A DNA stretch of 64,000 bases, taken from an uncultured delta proteobacterium (lineage in GTDB: Bacteria; Desulfobacterota; Binatia; Binatales; Binataceae). The notes beneath the pieces are model-generated. The model was not told the origin of the DNA. It did not search any database and saw only the letters and a list, made by a program, of their open reading frames with translations. The number at the start of each line of letters is the position of its first letter. Within the stretch, counting starts at the first letter, position 1. This document shows, in pieces, positions 1 through 10,385 of this stretch. The position numbers and the translations under genes are program-made. The DNA lies in contig CAWICC010000005.1 of the NCBI GenBank assembly GCA_963834535.1, positions 648,258 to 712,257 on the forward strand, in the 5' to 3' direction.

Positions 1-690
1 TTGAAAGTGCTGGTACTGTTCGAAGGGCGCGACGCGGCCGGCAAGGGTGGAGTGATCAAACGGATTACAGAGACGCTTAACCCTCGCATCTGTCGCGTAG
101 TCGCGTTGGGCACGCCGACCGAGCGCGAAAAGACGCAGTGGTATTTTCAGCGCTACGTGGCGCAACTGCCGGCAGCCGGCGAAATGGTGCTGTTCGATCG
201 CAGTTGGTACAACCGGGCTGGCGTCGAGCGTGTGATGGGATTCTGTACTGATGAGCAATACGCGGAATTCTTGCGCAGTTGCCCGGAATTCGAGCAGATG
301 CTTTGCCGTTCCGGATTGATCATCGTCAAGTACTGGTTCTCGGTCAGTGACGCTGAGCAGGAACGGCGTTTTCAAGGGCGCATGAACGATCCGACACGGA
401 GCTGGAAGCTCAGCCCGATGGACGTTGAGTCGCGCAATAAGTGGGTTGAATATTCGATGGCCAAGGACGTGATGTTCAGTCACACGGACCACAAAATGGC
501 TCCCTGGCGAGTGGTGAAGGCCGACAACAAGAAACTGGCGCGACTCAACTGCATTCGTCATCTGTTGAGTCTGATTCCATATGAGGATCTGCCGCCGACA
601 CCTTTTGCGCTGGCGCCGCGGCCCGACATGCCGACGGACTATAAGCGTCCGCCGCTCGAGGATCAGACCTTCGTGCCAGACTATTATTGA
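1..690 (+). CDS. ppk2: polyphosphate kinase 2 (PPK2 family), 5'-truncated by window edge
   Basis: ORF runs from base 1 with no start codon. Translation GRDAAGKGGVIKRITETLNPR...FDRSWYNRAGVERV shows the PPK2 Walker-A-like P-loop and conserved FDRSWY motif. The N-terminal ~40 aa typical of the family are missing. Confidence 0.85.
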   Translation: MKVLVLFEGRDAAGKGGVIKRITETLNPRICRVVALGTPTEREKTQWYFQRYVAQLPAAGEMVLFDRSWYNRAGVERVMGFCTDEQYAEFLRSCPEFEQMLCRSGLIIVKYWFSVSDAEQERRFQGRMNDPTRSWKLSPMDVESRNKWVEYSMAKDVMFSHTDHKMAPWRVVKADNKKLARLNCIRHLLSLIPYEDLPPTPFALAPRPDMPTDYKRPPLEDQTFVPDYY

Positions 691-840
691 GAAACTCCCT
701 TCGCCACGAGGTCTCCGCAGGCCGGCGCACCGGACGGGACGCCTCTTGACCTGATCGCCTCGATGAATGAGGCTCGCATCAGCAGCCGCCGTGCGATAGG
801 GCGAGTGCGCCTAATCGAGCATGGTTTTCGCTAACGGCGG

Positions 841-1338
841 TTGGCTGTACGCGGAGTTTCGATGGCGATCGATCATTCTTGGAACAAGGCGGCGATAATT
901 GCGATCGTCGAAGCGCTAAAGCGTCAACGTGGGCCGCTGATGCCCATTTTGCGTCGCATTCAGGACGATTTGGGATGGGTTCCACCAGACTCCATCCCGC
1001 TGATTGCGCAAGCACTCAACCTGTCGCGAGCGGAAGTTCATGGCGTCGTCAGCTTCTACCACGACTTCCGGCACGAGCCCGCTGGCCGCAATATCATTCG
1101 TATCTGCCGCGCCGAATCATGTCAGGCGATGGGCGCGGTAGAGCTTGCCAAGCATGTTCGCGGGAGCCTCGGCGTGGACTTCGGCGGCACCACGGCGGAC
1201 GGCGCTTTTTCGCTCGATGCTGTGTATTGTTTGGGGAATTGTGCCTGCTCGCCAGCGGTCATGATCAACGGTGAACCGCTGGGTCGGGTGACGCCCGAGC
1301 GTTTCGACAAAGCGATTTCAAGCCTCGTCCGTCGATGA
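841..1338 (+). CDS. fdsG: NAD-dependent formate dehydrogenase gamma subunit (NuoE-like 2Fe-2S thioredoxin-fold)
   Basis: 165 aa with the NuoE/FdsG signature: ICRAESCQAMGA...YCLGNCACSPAVMINGE. Sits directly upstream of fdsB and fdsA with a 4-nt overlap. Alternative start at ATG 862. Confidence 0.85.
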   Translation: MAVRGVSMAIDHSWNKAAIIAIVEALKRQRGPLMPILRRIQDDLGWVPPDSIPLIAQALNLSRAEVHGVVSFYHDFRHEPAGRNIIRICRAESCQAMGAVELAKHVRGSLGVDFGGTTADGAFSLDAVYCLGNCACSPAVMINGEPLGRVTPERFDKAISSLVRR

Positions 1339-2909
1339 ACAGCGGCGCGCCAGCGGTGAGAGTCTATGTACCGGGCGATTCGAGCGCGCTTTCGCTGGGT
1401 GCAAACGCGGTGGCCGACGCGATCGAGCGTGAAGCGGCAAACCGCGGGATGGCGATTGAATGCGTTCGTAATGGTTCCCGCGGCCTTTACTGGCTCGAGC
1501 CGATGGTCGAAGTTGCGACCTCGCATGGCCGTTTCGGATACGGTCCGGTGGCCGACACTGATGTTCCTTCGCTCTTCGAAGCGGGTTTTCCCGACGCCGC
1601 CGATCATCGCCTCGCACTGGGCATCACCGATGAAATCACCTATCTCAAACGCCAGTCGCGTCTGACCTTCGCCCGTGTCGGGCTCAGCGATCCGCTAGCG
1701 CTCGACGACTATATTGCGCACGGGGGTTATCGCGGCCTCACGCGCGCGATAGCGATGGCTGGTGCCGAGATCGTGCAGGAAGTGACGACCTCCAATTTAC
1801 GCGGGCGCGGCGGCGCGGCCTTTCCCACGGGCATCAAATGGAAGACCACGCTCGATCAGGATGCACAGCAGAAGTATGTCGTCTGCAACGCCGACGAGGG
1901 TGACTCAGGCACCTTCTCCGATCGCATGATCATGGAGGGCGATCCGTTCGTGCTGATCGAGGGGATGACGATTGCGGGTCTCGCGGTGGGCGCGAGTGAG
2001 GGCTACATCTATGTGCGATCGGAGTATCCGCACGCAGTGCGCGCACTCAGCGCCGCAATCGATATCGCGACGCGCGCCGGCTACCTGGGATCCGACGTTG
2101 CGGGAAGTGGCAAGTCATTTCGCATCGAAATCCGCGTGGGCGGCGGCGCGTACATTTGCGGCGAAGAAACCGCCATGCTCGAAAGTCTCGAGGGCAAGCG
2201 CGGCGTGATTCGCTTCAAGCCGCCGCTGCCCGCGATCGCCGGACTCTTCGGGCAGCCCACCGTAGTCAATAACGTCATCACGCTTGCTTCGATCCCGACG
2301 ATTCTCGAGCGCGGCGGCGAGGCCTACAATAATTATGGCGCTGGACGTTCGCGCGGCACGATTCCTCTGCAACTCGCCGGCAACATCAAGCGCCCAGGGC
2401 TGTTCGAATTGCCCTTCGGACTCACGTTGCACGAATTGATCGAGGATTTCGGCGGTGGCACTGCCAGCGGCCGGCCACTGCGCGCGGTTCAGGTCGGAGG
2501 CCCACTCGGTGCCTATTTCCCGGCATCGATGCTCGACCTGGCGATCGACTACGAAACCATCGCCGGGGCTGGCGGCTTGCTTGGCCACGGTGGCGTCGTG
2601 GTATTCGACGAGACCGCCGACCTTGCGCAGATGGCGCGCTACGCGATGGAATTTTGTGCGATGGAATCGTGCGGCAAATGCACGCCATGCCGCATCGGAT
2701 CGACGCGCGGCGTCGAGGTTATCGATCGCCTTATCGCCAACCGGAATCGATCCGCCAACCTGGAGTTGCTGCACGACCTCTGCGACACGATGACCGCCGG
2801 TTCGCTCTGCGCGCTTGGCGGTCTGACGCCGCTGCCGGTGCTGAGTGCGCTCAAACACTTCCCCGAGGACTTTGGTCTTCCGTCGGCGAAAGGCGCTAGT
2901 ATTGGATAG
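1335..2909 (+). CDS. fdsB: NAD-dependent formate dehydrogenase beta subunit (NuoF-like; NADH/FMN binding, 4Fe-4S)
   Basis: 524 aa with GRGGAAFPTGIKWKT (FMN/NAD site) and C-terminal ESCGKCTPCR cluster motif. Genomic context with fdsG, fdsA and fdsD. Confidence 0.9.
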   Translation: MNSGAPAVRVYVPGDSSALSLGANAVADAIEREAANRGMAIECVRNGSRGLYWLEPMVEVATSHGRFGYGPVADTDVPSLFEAGFPDAADHRLALGITDEITYLKRQSRLTFARVGLSDPLALDDYIAHGGYRGLTRAIAMAGAEIVQEVTTSNLRGRGGAAFPTGIKWKTTLDQDAQQKYVVCNADEGDSGTFSDRMIMEGDPFVLIEGMTIAGLAVGASEGYIYVRSEYPHAVRALSAAIDIATRAGYLGSDVAGSGKSFRIEIRVGGGAYICGEETAMLESLEGKRGVIRFKPPLPAIAGLFGQPTVVNNVITLASIPTILERGGEAYNNYGAGRSRGTIPLQLAGNIKRPGLFELPFGLTLHELIEDFGGGTASGRPLRAVQVGGPLGAYFPASMLDLAIDYETIAGAGGLLGHGGVVVFDETADLAQMARYAMEFCAMESCGKCTPCRIGSTRGVEVIDRLIANRNRSANLELLHDLCDTMTAGSLCALGGLTPLPVLSALKHFPEDFGLPSAKGASIG

Positions 2910-2962
2910 CGCGGGGGCTGGGCGGGTCGCGTGCCGAAACTTGTGCGAATGGGAGTGAAGCC

Positions 2963-5788
2963 GTGTTAGCGATCAACGATAAAGACCTTGGCACGCCGGG
3001 CCGCGATTCGACGCAGTTGATTGCGCTCGAAGTTGATGGACGCGCGATTACCGTGCCCGCGGGCACATCGGTGATTCGAGCGGCGGCACTGGCCGATATT
3101 TCGATACCCAAATTGTGCGCCACCGATTCGCTGGAGCCCTTCGGCTCCTGCCGCCTGTGTCTCGTCGAAATCGAAGGTCGCAAAGGCTTTCCTGCCTCCT
3201 GCACGACGCCCGTCGAAGCCGGTATGAAAGTCCGCACGCAAAGCGAACAGCTCGGCAAGCTGCGCCGCAATGTGACGGAACTCTACATGTCGGATCATCC
3301 GATTGACCCGTTCGAATGCAAGGCGGGTGGCAAATGCGAACTTCACGAAATGGCTAATGCAGTTGGGCTGGTTCAGGTCCGCTATGGCGACGGCGGCCGC
3401 GACCATCATCAAGCTCCCATCGATGACAGCAATCCGTATTTCTCCTTCGATCCTTCGCGATGCATCGTGTGCTCGCGATGCGTTCGCGCGTGCGACGAAA
3501 TTCAAGGCACCTTCGCATTGACGATCGAGGGCCGCGGCTTCAATTCTCAAATGGTCGCCGGCCAGCATGAGCATTACATCGATTCCGAATGCGTTTCATG
3601 CGGCGCCTGCGTGCAGGCCTGCCCGACCGATGCGCTGATGGAGAAATCGCTGCTCGAAAAGGGCCGGGCGGATCGAGCCATAGTGACTACCTGTGGCTAT
3701 TGCGGCGTCGGCTGTTCCTTCAAGGCCGAGGTTCGCGGCGACGAAGTTGTACGCATGGTGCCGAACAAAGACGGGCTGCCCAACCACGGGCATTCGTGCG
3801 TCAAGGGCCGTTTCGCCTGGGGCTACGCAACGCATCCGGATCGTGTCAGGCGGCCGATGATACGCAAGCGTATCTCCGATCCCTGGCAGGAGGTCTCATG
3901 GGAGGAGGCGCTTGGCTATGCGGCTTCGGAATTCAAGCGCGTCCAGGCTAAGTACGGCCGCGGGTCGGTCGGCGGAATAACGTCGTCGCGATGCACCAAC
4001 GAGGAAGCCTATCTGGTGCAGAAACTGGTGCGCGCCGCCTTCGGCAACAACAATGTCGATACCTGCGCGCGCGTGTGCCATTCGCCCACCGGATACGGTC
4101 TCAAGACCGCCTTCGGTACGCCCGCCGGCACCCAGGATTTCGACTCGGTAGCAGCCGCCGACGTGATCATGGTGATTGGCGCAAATCCCACGGAAGGTCA
4201 CCCCGTATTTGCCTCGATCATGAAGCGGCGCTTGCGCAATGGGGCGCACCTCATCGTGGTCGATCCGCGCGAAATCGAGCTGATTCGAATGCCACACGTT
4301 GAGGCCGATTACTTCCTGCAACTCACCCCCGGAACGAACGTCGCGCTTTTCAACGCGTTCGCTCATGTCATCGTCACCGAAGGTCTGGTCAACGAGGAAT
4401 TCGTCGCCGAACGATGCGACCCGCACGAGTTCAAGGTCTGGCGCGAGTTCGCCGCCGAGCAACGCAACTCACCTGAGACCGCCGAAAAAGTCACCGGCGT
4501 CCCCGCAAGCAGGATTCGCGGCGCGGCACGGCTTTTCGCCCAGGGCCCCAACTCCGCCATCTACTATGGACTCGGCGTTACCGAGCATTCGCAAGGCAGC
4601 ACCGCGGTGCTCGCGATGGCGAATCTGGCGATGGCCACGGGGATGCTGGGCCGCAACGGCGTCGGCATCAATCCGTTGCGCGGTCAGAACAATGTTCAAG
4701 GCTCGAACGACGTCGGCTCATTCCCGCATGAGTTGACCGGCTATCGCCATGTGTCAGATCCGCTGATGCGCGCCGATTTCGAGAGAGCCTGGCAGGTTGC
4801 GATCGACCCCGAACCGGGACTGCGCATCCCGAATATGTTCGACGCGGCACTCGACGGCAGTTTCCGCGGCCTTTATATAGAGGGCGAAGACATCGCCCAG
4901 TCCGATCCTAATTCGTTGCATGTTGAAGCGGCGCTGTCCGCGATGGAGATCGTTGTCGTCCACGACATTTTCCTGAATGAGACCGCTAAATATGCGCATG
5001 TCTTCTTGCCGGGGTCGTCGTTTCTCGAAAAGAACGGGACGTTCACCAATGCGGAACGGCGCATTTCACGCGTACGCAAAGTACTACCGGCGCTGGCGGG
5101 CAAGGAGGATTGGGAAGTCACCTGCGCACTTTCCAACGCCCTCGGTTATCCGATGGACTACAATCATCCATCGGAAATCATGGATGAAATCGCGCGCTTG
5201 ACACCTACCTTCGCCGGCGTCAGCTACGAAAAGCTCGAGCGGCGGGGCTCTCTTCAATGGCCTTGCAATGAGGCGGCGCCCTCCGGCACGACCGTTATGC
5301 ACGTGGGCGAGTTTGTGCGCGGCAAGGGCAAATTTCTAGTCACTGAGTATGTCGCGACGGATGAACGTTGTACTTCGCGTTATCCGTTAATACTCACTAC
5401 GGGCCGCATCCTTACTCAATATAATGTTGGCACACAGACGCGCCGCACGATGAATGTGTTGTGGCATTCCGAGGATGTCCTTGAAATCCATCCCCACGAC
5501 GCCGAGCAGCGCGGCATCCGCGATCACGATTGGGTGGAAGTGACGAGCCGCGCGGGTGCGATTGCATTGCGCGCCGCTATCACTGAGCGGGTTGCGCCGG
5601 GCGTCGTCTATACGACCTTTCACCACCCGGAAACCGGCGCCAACGTGGTAACGACCGAGAATTCGGATTGGGCGACGAATTGCCCCGAGTACAAGGTTAC
5701 GGCCGTGCAGGTGATGCCGACATCACGGCATCCCGAACGCCTGCCCGCGGACAAAGTGGTCGCCTCCCTGAGCCCGTCTGCCCGTTGA
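2963..5788 (+). CDS. fdsA: NAD-dependent formate dehydrogenase alpha subunit (molybdopterin oxidoreductase with N-terminal 2Fe-2S/4Fe-4S domains)
   Basis: 941 aa. N-terminal ferredoxin cysteine clusters (CRLCLVEIEG, CIVCSRCVRACDEIQG, CVSCGACVQACPT). MoCo domain with Cys-type active site (HGHSCVKGRF). GTG start. Confidence 0.9.
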   Translation: MLAINDKDLGTPGRDSTQLIALEVDGRAITVPAGTSVIRAAALADISIPKLCATDSLEPFGSCRLCLVEIEGRKGFPASCTTPVEAGMKVRTQSEQLGKLRRNVTELYMSDHPIDPFECKAGGKCELHEMANAVGLVQVRYGDGGRDHHQAPIDDSNPYFSFDPSRCIVCSRCVRACDEIQGTFALTIEGRGFNSQMVAGQHEHYIDSECVSCGACVQACPTDALMEKSLLEKGRADRAIVTTCGYCGVGCSFKAEVRGDEVVRMVPNKDGLPNHGHSCVKGRFAWGYATHPDRVRRPMIRKRISDPWQEVSWEEALGYAASEFKRVQAKYGRGSVGGITSSRCTNEEAYLVQKLVRAAFGNNNVDTCARVCHSPTGYGLKTAFGTPAGTQDFDSVAAADVIMVIGANPTEGHPVFASIMKRRLRNGAHLIVVDPREIELIRMPHVEADYFLQLTPGTNVALFNAFAHVIVTEGLVNEEFVAERCDPHEFKVWREFAAEQRNSPETAEKVTGVPASRIRGAARLFAQGPNSAIYYGLGVTEHSQGSTAVLAMANLAMATGMLGRNGVGINPLRGQNNVQGSNDVGSFPHELTGYRHVSDPLMRADFERAWQVAIDPEPGLRIPNMFDAALDGSFRGLYIEGEDIAQSDPNSLHVEAALSAMEIVVVHDIFLNETAKYAHVFLPGSSFLEKNGTFTNAERRISRVRKVLPALAGKEDWEVTCALSNALGYPMDYNHPSEIMDEIARLTPTFAGVSYEKLERRGSLQWPCNEAAPSGTTVMHVGEFVRGKGKFLVTEYVATDERCTSRYPLILTTGRILTQYNVGTQTRRTMNVLWHSEDVLEIHPHDAEQRGIRDHDWVEVTSRAGAIALRAAITERVAPGVVYTTFHHPETGANVVTTENSDWATNCPEYKVTAVQVMPTSRHPERLPADKVVASLSPSAR

Positions 5789-5844
5789 ATTAGAGTTCGG
5801 AATGCGGAGCAGGCAAGCGGGCTTAATAGCCTAATCGGCGAAAG

Positions 5845-6072
5845 ATGGATATTCATCACCTGGTCAAAATGGCCAACGACATTGCCGGTTTCTTTGGCTC
5901 CAACCCCGACCACGATGCGGCCGTTCATTCGACTTCGCAACATCTCAAGAGTTTCTGGGATCCGCGCATGCGCATCCAGTTGATCGAGTACGCCCGCCGC
6001 GACGACTGCGCCCTGACTCCCATCGCGCGCGAGGCCGTGCTGCGCCTCGATTCGACACATAGGGCCGTCTGA
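5845..6072 (+). CDS. fdsD: formate dehydrogenase delta subunit
   Basis: 75-aa ORF immediately after fdsA. Size and sequence (LVKMANDIAGFF...) are typical of FdsD. Its presence distinguishes an Fds-type formate dehydrogenase from a complex I module. Confidence 0.75.
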   Translation: MDIHHLVKMANDIAGFFGSNPDHDAAVHSTSQHLKSFWDPRMRIQLIEYARRDDCALTPIAREAVLRLDSTHRAV

Positions 6073-6112
6073 CCGTGCTGTGCCTGGACTCGACGGATAA
6101 GGCCGCCTGATC

Positions 6113-7147
6113 GTGCTGCGCGGAGCGATCTCCGGCTTCGGCGAAGTCGCCGCGACCGCCCATCTACCCGGTTGGCAATCGCGGCCCGACGTCGCGATCG
6201 TCGCCATTCACGACCCGGTCTCCGCCCGCCGTCATCATGCGATCAACGTCGCCAAAAACGCGCGCATCTACGATGACTTCGACCTGATGCTCGATGGCGA
6301 GGCGCTCGATTTCGTCGATATCGCGAGTCCGCCCGCTTTCCATGCGGCCGCGATTCGCAAGGCGCTTGAGGCGGGCGCTCACGTCCTCGTCGAAAAGCCG
6401 CTATGCCTCACCGCTGGCGAGTTCGAGGAACTCGCCGCGCTTGCCGCTAAGCAATCGCGCGTACTGATGTGCGTCCACAACTGGAAGCATGCCCCGGCTT
6501 ATCGGCGCGCGCGGAAGTTAATCGAATCCGGCCGCCTGGGTGATCTTCGCTACCTTTCGTTGGTGCGTATCCGCAGCGGCCCGGCGGGTGCGGGTGGCAG
6601 CAGCGTCGGCGGCGAACGCTGGCGCCTCTCGGCGAAGACCGGAGGAGGCATCCTGATCGACCACGGATGGCACGTCTTCTACCTCGCGCAATGGTTGATG
6701 GGCGGCGCCGCGCCGGTCGCCATCTCTGCGCACCTCGGATTTGAACCGAGCTCCAGCGTGGACGACCTCGCGAGCGTGCTCATCGAATTTTCCAACGGTC
6801 GCATCGCGAACGCCGATCTCTCGTGGCGCGGCCCGGTCCGCCGGACCGCAGCGGTTATGTATGGCGAGCACGCGATGGTCGAGATCGAGGGCGATCGAAT
6901 TCTGCTGAGCGATCGAGTGGGTGCTTCGGAGGACCATTCGGTCGCCGATATCCTCGATGACTCCTATCATTCAGCGTGGTTTGCGCGAATGGCCGCCGAA
7001 ATGGAGCAGGCGATCGCCGAAGGGCCCGATGGAGAGACCGAGCGTGTGAATCGGGCTGAAGTTCTTACCGCGCTCGCTCTGACTGAAGGCGCCCGACGGT
7101 CAGCCGCCGACGGCATTCGAGTTGAGCTTGGGGGCCGGAAAGCCTGA
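6113..7147 (+). CDS. Gfo/Idh/MocA family NAD(P)-dependent oxidoreductase
   Basis: 344 aa with an N-terminal Rossmann fold (ISGFGEVAATAHLP) and the EKPL motif (HVLVEKPLCLT) characteristic of Gfo/Idh/MocA. GTG start at 6113. Confidence 0.8.
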   Translation: MLRGAISGFGEVAATAHLPGWQSRPDVAIVAIHDPVSARRHHAINVAKNARIYDDFDLMLDGEALDFVDIASPPAFHAAAIRKALEAGAHVLVEKPLCLTAGEFEELAALAAKQSRVLMCVHNWKHAPAYRRARKLIESGRLGDLRYLSLVRIRSGPAGAGGSSVGGERWRLSAKTGGGILIDHGWHVFYLAQWLMGGAAPVAISAHLGFEPSSSVDDLASVLIEFSNGRIANADLSWRGPVRRTAAVMYGEHAMVEIEGDRILLSDRVGASEDHSVADILDDSYHSAWFARMAAEMEQAIAEGPDGETERVNRAEVLTALALTEGARRSAADGIRVELGGRKA

Positions 7148-7257
7148 GTCGGATCGGCTGGGACGTTTCCGCTTTTCGGGCTCGCCTGAGAAAAATTTAA
7201 CGCCGCCGACATGCAAAGATGACCGTCTCCTCATATTGCGCGACAGACTCAACCCTA

Positions 7258-7285
7258 TTGACTATCGGGTCAGCGCGGTTATGAT
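7258..7285 (+). promoter_or_regulatory. candidate sigma-70 promoter (TTGACT-N16-TATGAT) upstream of the TetR gene
   Basis: Near-consensus -35 TTGACT (7258-7263) and -10 TATGAT (7280-7285) with a 16-nt spacer, ~165 nt upstream of the TetR start. Sequence inspection only. Confidence 0.3.
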
Positions 7286-7449
7286 GCCTATTGACCGCTA
7301 GGTTAGGGACTCGGGCCGTGAGAATTGGCCTCGTGATCACGGTGCTTAAGTCAATCCGCCGCGCGACCCTGCGATTGAACTGGGTGCGGTTCCCAGAGGT
7401 CTGATTCGGGCCGGCGGTCGAGACTCTTGGAGGCTTTGGACGGCTGACT

Positions 7450-8124
7450 TTGAGTTCAGGCGTGAACATCATGAATCCGGCAGATCCTCGCGGAGTTTCT
7501 TCTGAAACGCGAGCGCAGGATTCGCGCGATCAGATTTTGAAGGCGGCGATGCGGTTGTTCGCAGTGCGTGGCTTTCATGAGACTTCGATGGCAGAAGTTG
7601 CGCGAACCGCCAGTGTGAGTAAGGCGCTCATCTTTTGGCACTTCAAGACCAAAGAAGAACTGTTCATGGCGGTTCTGAACCGTTTGCTTGAGCCATATTT
7701 TATCGATTTTGCGGAAGAAGCTGGCGCACTGGACGAAAAGTCGCAAATTGTTCGGCTGATCGATCTTTACTTGCAGTTTGTCCGCGAGAATGGAAATTCG
7801 ATTCGTTTCTTCGTTGCACAGTTGCTGCACGATGAAAAGCTGTCGGACGAACTCACAAACCAGGTTCTGCAGCTCTATGCGGGCTATCGCGCCCTGCTGG
7901 TTGATCTGATTGGACGGGCGCAGGAAAAAGGATTGTGCAAGAACGAGTTTCCGCCATCTGACGCTGCCAGTTTTCTGCTCTCATCGCTCAATGGCGTGCT
8001 CATCGGGTTTCTGTTCTCCGGTGAAAATGCTGTCGACCTGGGTTGCGCGACCGCGATGCTGCGTCATTGGCTCTTCGGTGATCTTCCACCCCGCGGCCCG
8101 GGCGAATGCCCGCCGTCGCCTTGA
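7450..8124 (+). CDS. TetR/AcrR family transcriptional regulator
   Basis: N-terminal HTH (ILKAAMRLFAVRGFHETSMAEVARTASVSKALIFWHFKTKEELF) is a classic TetR signature. Located immediately upstream of hpnH. Alternative start at 7471. Confidence 0.85.
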   Translation: MSSGVNIMNPADPRGVSSETRAQDSRDQILKAAMRLFAVRGFHETSMAEVARTASVSKALIFWHFKTKEELFMAVLNRLLEPYFIDFAEEAGALDEKSQIVRLIDLYLQFVRENGNSIRFFVAQLLHDEKLSDELTNQVLQLYAGYRALLVDLIGRAQEKGLCKNEFPPSDAASFLLSSLNGVLIGFLFSGENAVDLGCATAMLRHWLFGDLPPRGPGECPPSP

Positions 8125-8164
8125 CCTCACTTGACCTGTTCGGGTTTGCAGGAGATCGACAGAT

Positions 8165-9169
8165 ATGCGCGTGCCGCTACGACAAATGATTGACCTGGGG
8201 CGTTACATGAGCCGCAAGAAGCGTGCAGGGGAAAAGTACTTCCCGCTCGTGTTGATGCTCGAACCGCTGCACGCCTGTAACCTGGCATGCATCGGATGCG
8301 GTCGTATCGTCGAATACAAAGAGACGATTCGCGACCAGATGCCGCTTCAAGAGGCGCTAGGCGCGGCAGAAGAGGCGGACGCCCCGATTGTTTCAATCTG
8401 CGGCGGCGAACCGCTGATGTACAAGCATATTGCAGCGTTGACGAAGGGTCTGATCGAGCAGCAGAAACGCCACGTCATGATCTGCACCAACGCGATCCTG
8501 ATCGAACGGTTTATAAAGCAGGTCGAGCCCAGTCGCTACCTGAGCTTCAATTTGCACATCGATGGCATGCGGGAAACCAACGATCGCATTCTAAACCGGG
8601 CGGGGCATTTCGATACGGTCGTTAGGATGATCAAGCTGCTCAAGGAAAAGGGCTATCGAGTGCAGACCAATTCGACCATATTCCGCGAGACCAGCGCGGA
8701 CGAGGTCGATGAGTTGGTCAAGTTTCTCGGTGAAATGGGGGTCGATGGGATACTGCTGACTCCCGGGTATCATTACCAGGTTCTGAACAACGACGAGATC
8801 TACCTCAAGAAAGAGGAGATGCCGCTAAAATTCGAGCGCGTGCGCAAGCTCGCCGACGATTACAAGATTATCAACACGCCAATCTACCTGGACTACCTGG
8901 TGGGCGAGCGCGATTTGCTGTGCAGTCCGTGGACCACGGTGACGCGCAATCCGCGGGGCTGGAAGGGTCCCTGCTACCTGATTACGAACGGCCACTACAA
9001 AACGTTCGCCGAACTGCACGCGGCCACCGACTGGGAATACTATCGGACCAAGCAAGATATCCGTTGTCGCGACTGCAAGCTCCATTCGGGATTCGAGGGC
9101 ACGGTCGCGATGGACTTCGGCAAGAACCTGAAGGACTCCTGGCGAATGGTGCGGCACTACGTTTCGTAA
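8165..9169 (+). CDS. hpnH: adenosyl-hopene transferase, radical SAM (hopanoid side-chain extension)
   Basis: 334 aa with the radical-SAM CxxxCxxC variant (HACNLACIGCGR) and overall HpnH-like sequence (MLEPLHACNLAC...ICGGEPLMYKHI...). Lies within the hopanoid gene cluster. Confidence 0.85.
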   Translation: MRVPLRQMIDLGRYMSRKKRAGEKYFPLVLMLEPLHACNLACIGCGRIVEYKETIRDQMPLQEALGAAEEADAPIVSICGGEPLMYKHIAALTKGLIEQQKRHVMICTNAILIERFIKQVEPSRYLSFNLHIDGMRETNDRILNRAGHFDTVVRMIKLLKEKGYRVQTNSTIFRETSADEVDELVKFLGEMGVDGILLTPGYHYQVLNNDEIYLKKEEMPLKFERVRKLADDYKIINTPIYLDYLVGERDLLCSPWTTVTRNPRGWKGPCYLITNGHYKTFAELHAATDWEYYRTKQDIRCRDCKLHSGFEGTVAMDFGKNLKDSWRMVRHYVS

Positions 9170-9300
9170 GCGTCCCGGCGAGAATTTCGCGGGGTGATTT
9201 TCGTGCGCACCGGGTACGTCTTTGCGATCAGCGACAATGCGCCTTGGCGCCGGGAAGATCAGGCGTGACGGGCGTCAGGATCGAGTAGAATATACTGACG

Positions 9301-10275
9301 ATGCAGGAAGCCAAGTCCGCTCAACGGGATACAGCGACCACCCGCGCCATTGGCCCGTCGGCTAATGGCGCGGTCGCATTCGATCTCGATCATTACATGA
9401 AGGAACGCGCCGCCCTGGTGGAAGGTGCGCTGGCGGCGTGTGTCCCTGAATCCGACGGACCCGCAGGCCGGCTTTTCGAAGCGATGCGCTACAGCCTGAT
9501 GGCTGGTGGTAAGAGGTTGCGTCCGACACTTGTCCTGGCGGCCTGCGAGGTGGTTGGCGGCGCGCTCGAAAATGCGGTGGGCCTCGCCTGCGCCATCGAG
9601 ATGATCCACACGTACTCCCTCATCCATGACGATCTGCCCTGCATGGACGATGACGATCTGCGTCGCGGCCGTCCAACCAACCACAAGGTCTTCGGCGAGG
9701 CGATCGCGACCCTAGCCGGCGATGGGCTGCTCACTGACGCATTCAAGGTTCTCGCAGAATCGGCGGTATTCGCCGGCAAGACGCTTTCCGCGCGGGCTGT
9801 GCTGGATACCGTGGCGGAACTCGCCGAGGCGGCCGGCTCGGCGGGTATGGTCGGCGGTCAGGTGATCGATTTGCTCGGCGAAGGTCGCGCGCTGAACCTC
9901 GCCGATCTTGAACATCTGCATGGCAAGAAGACCGGGGCGCTATTTGTGGCCGCGGTAAGTGGTGGTGCGCGAATCGGCGGTGCGACGCCTGCACAATTGA
10001 CGTCCTTGCGCGAATATGCGCAGGCTCTTGGTCTCGCGTTTCAAGTGATCGACGACTTGCTGGACGTAGAAGCCTCAACCGAGACCCTGGGCAAGCGGAC
10101 GAACAAGGACGAAGCTCGCGGGAAAGCAACCTATCCATCATTGATCGGCGTTGAGCGCTCGCGCGAACTCGCCCGTGAACTGATCGACAAGGCGCAAGCT
10201 GCCCTCGTCGCATTCGACCATCGCGCGGATCCACTCCGGATGCTGGCGGCATTTGCAGTGGAGCGCAAGCTGTGA
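9301..10275 (+). CDS. ispA: polyprenyl diphosphate synthase (farnesyl/geranylgeranyl diphosphate synthase family)
   Basis: First and second aspartate-rich motifs present (LIHDDLPCMDDDDLRRGRPT; FQVIDDLLD). 324 aa. Common companion gene in hpn clusters. Confidence 0.85.
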   Translation: MQEAKSAQRDTATTRAIGPSANGAVAFDLDHYMKERAALVEGALAACVPESDGPAGRLFEAMRYSLMAGGKRLRPTLVLAACEVVGGALENAVGLACAIEMIHTYSLIHDDLPCMDDDDLRRGRPTNHKVFGEAIATLAGDGLLTDAFKVLAESAVFAGKTLSARAVLDTVAELAEAAGSAGMVGGQVIDLLGEGRALNLADLEHLHGKKTGALFVAAVSGGARIGGATPAQLTSLREYAQALGLAFQVIDDLLDVEASTETLGKRTNKDEARGKATYPSLIGVERSRELARELIDKAQAALVAFDHRADPLRMLAAFAVERKL

Positions 10276-10385
10276 CTGATTCTCGCGTCGCTGCGTTGCC
10301 CAAATCGCCGATCGCCCTCGGCAGGCATCCTCATGATCCGTACGGGCATGAAGGGGATCCGCGCAGTCCGCAACCGAGGCAGGCG

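Noticed and set aside
879-1274. 131-aa alternative-frame ORF within fdsG
   Set aside because: Same-strand shadow ORF. The fdsG frame carries the conserved NuoE cysteine motifs.
2963-5788. Possible selenocysteine (TGA recoding) in the formate dehydrogenase alpha subunit
   Set aside because: The active-site residue is a TGC cysteine and the ORF is uninterrupted, so no recoding is needed.
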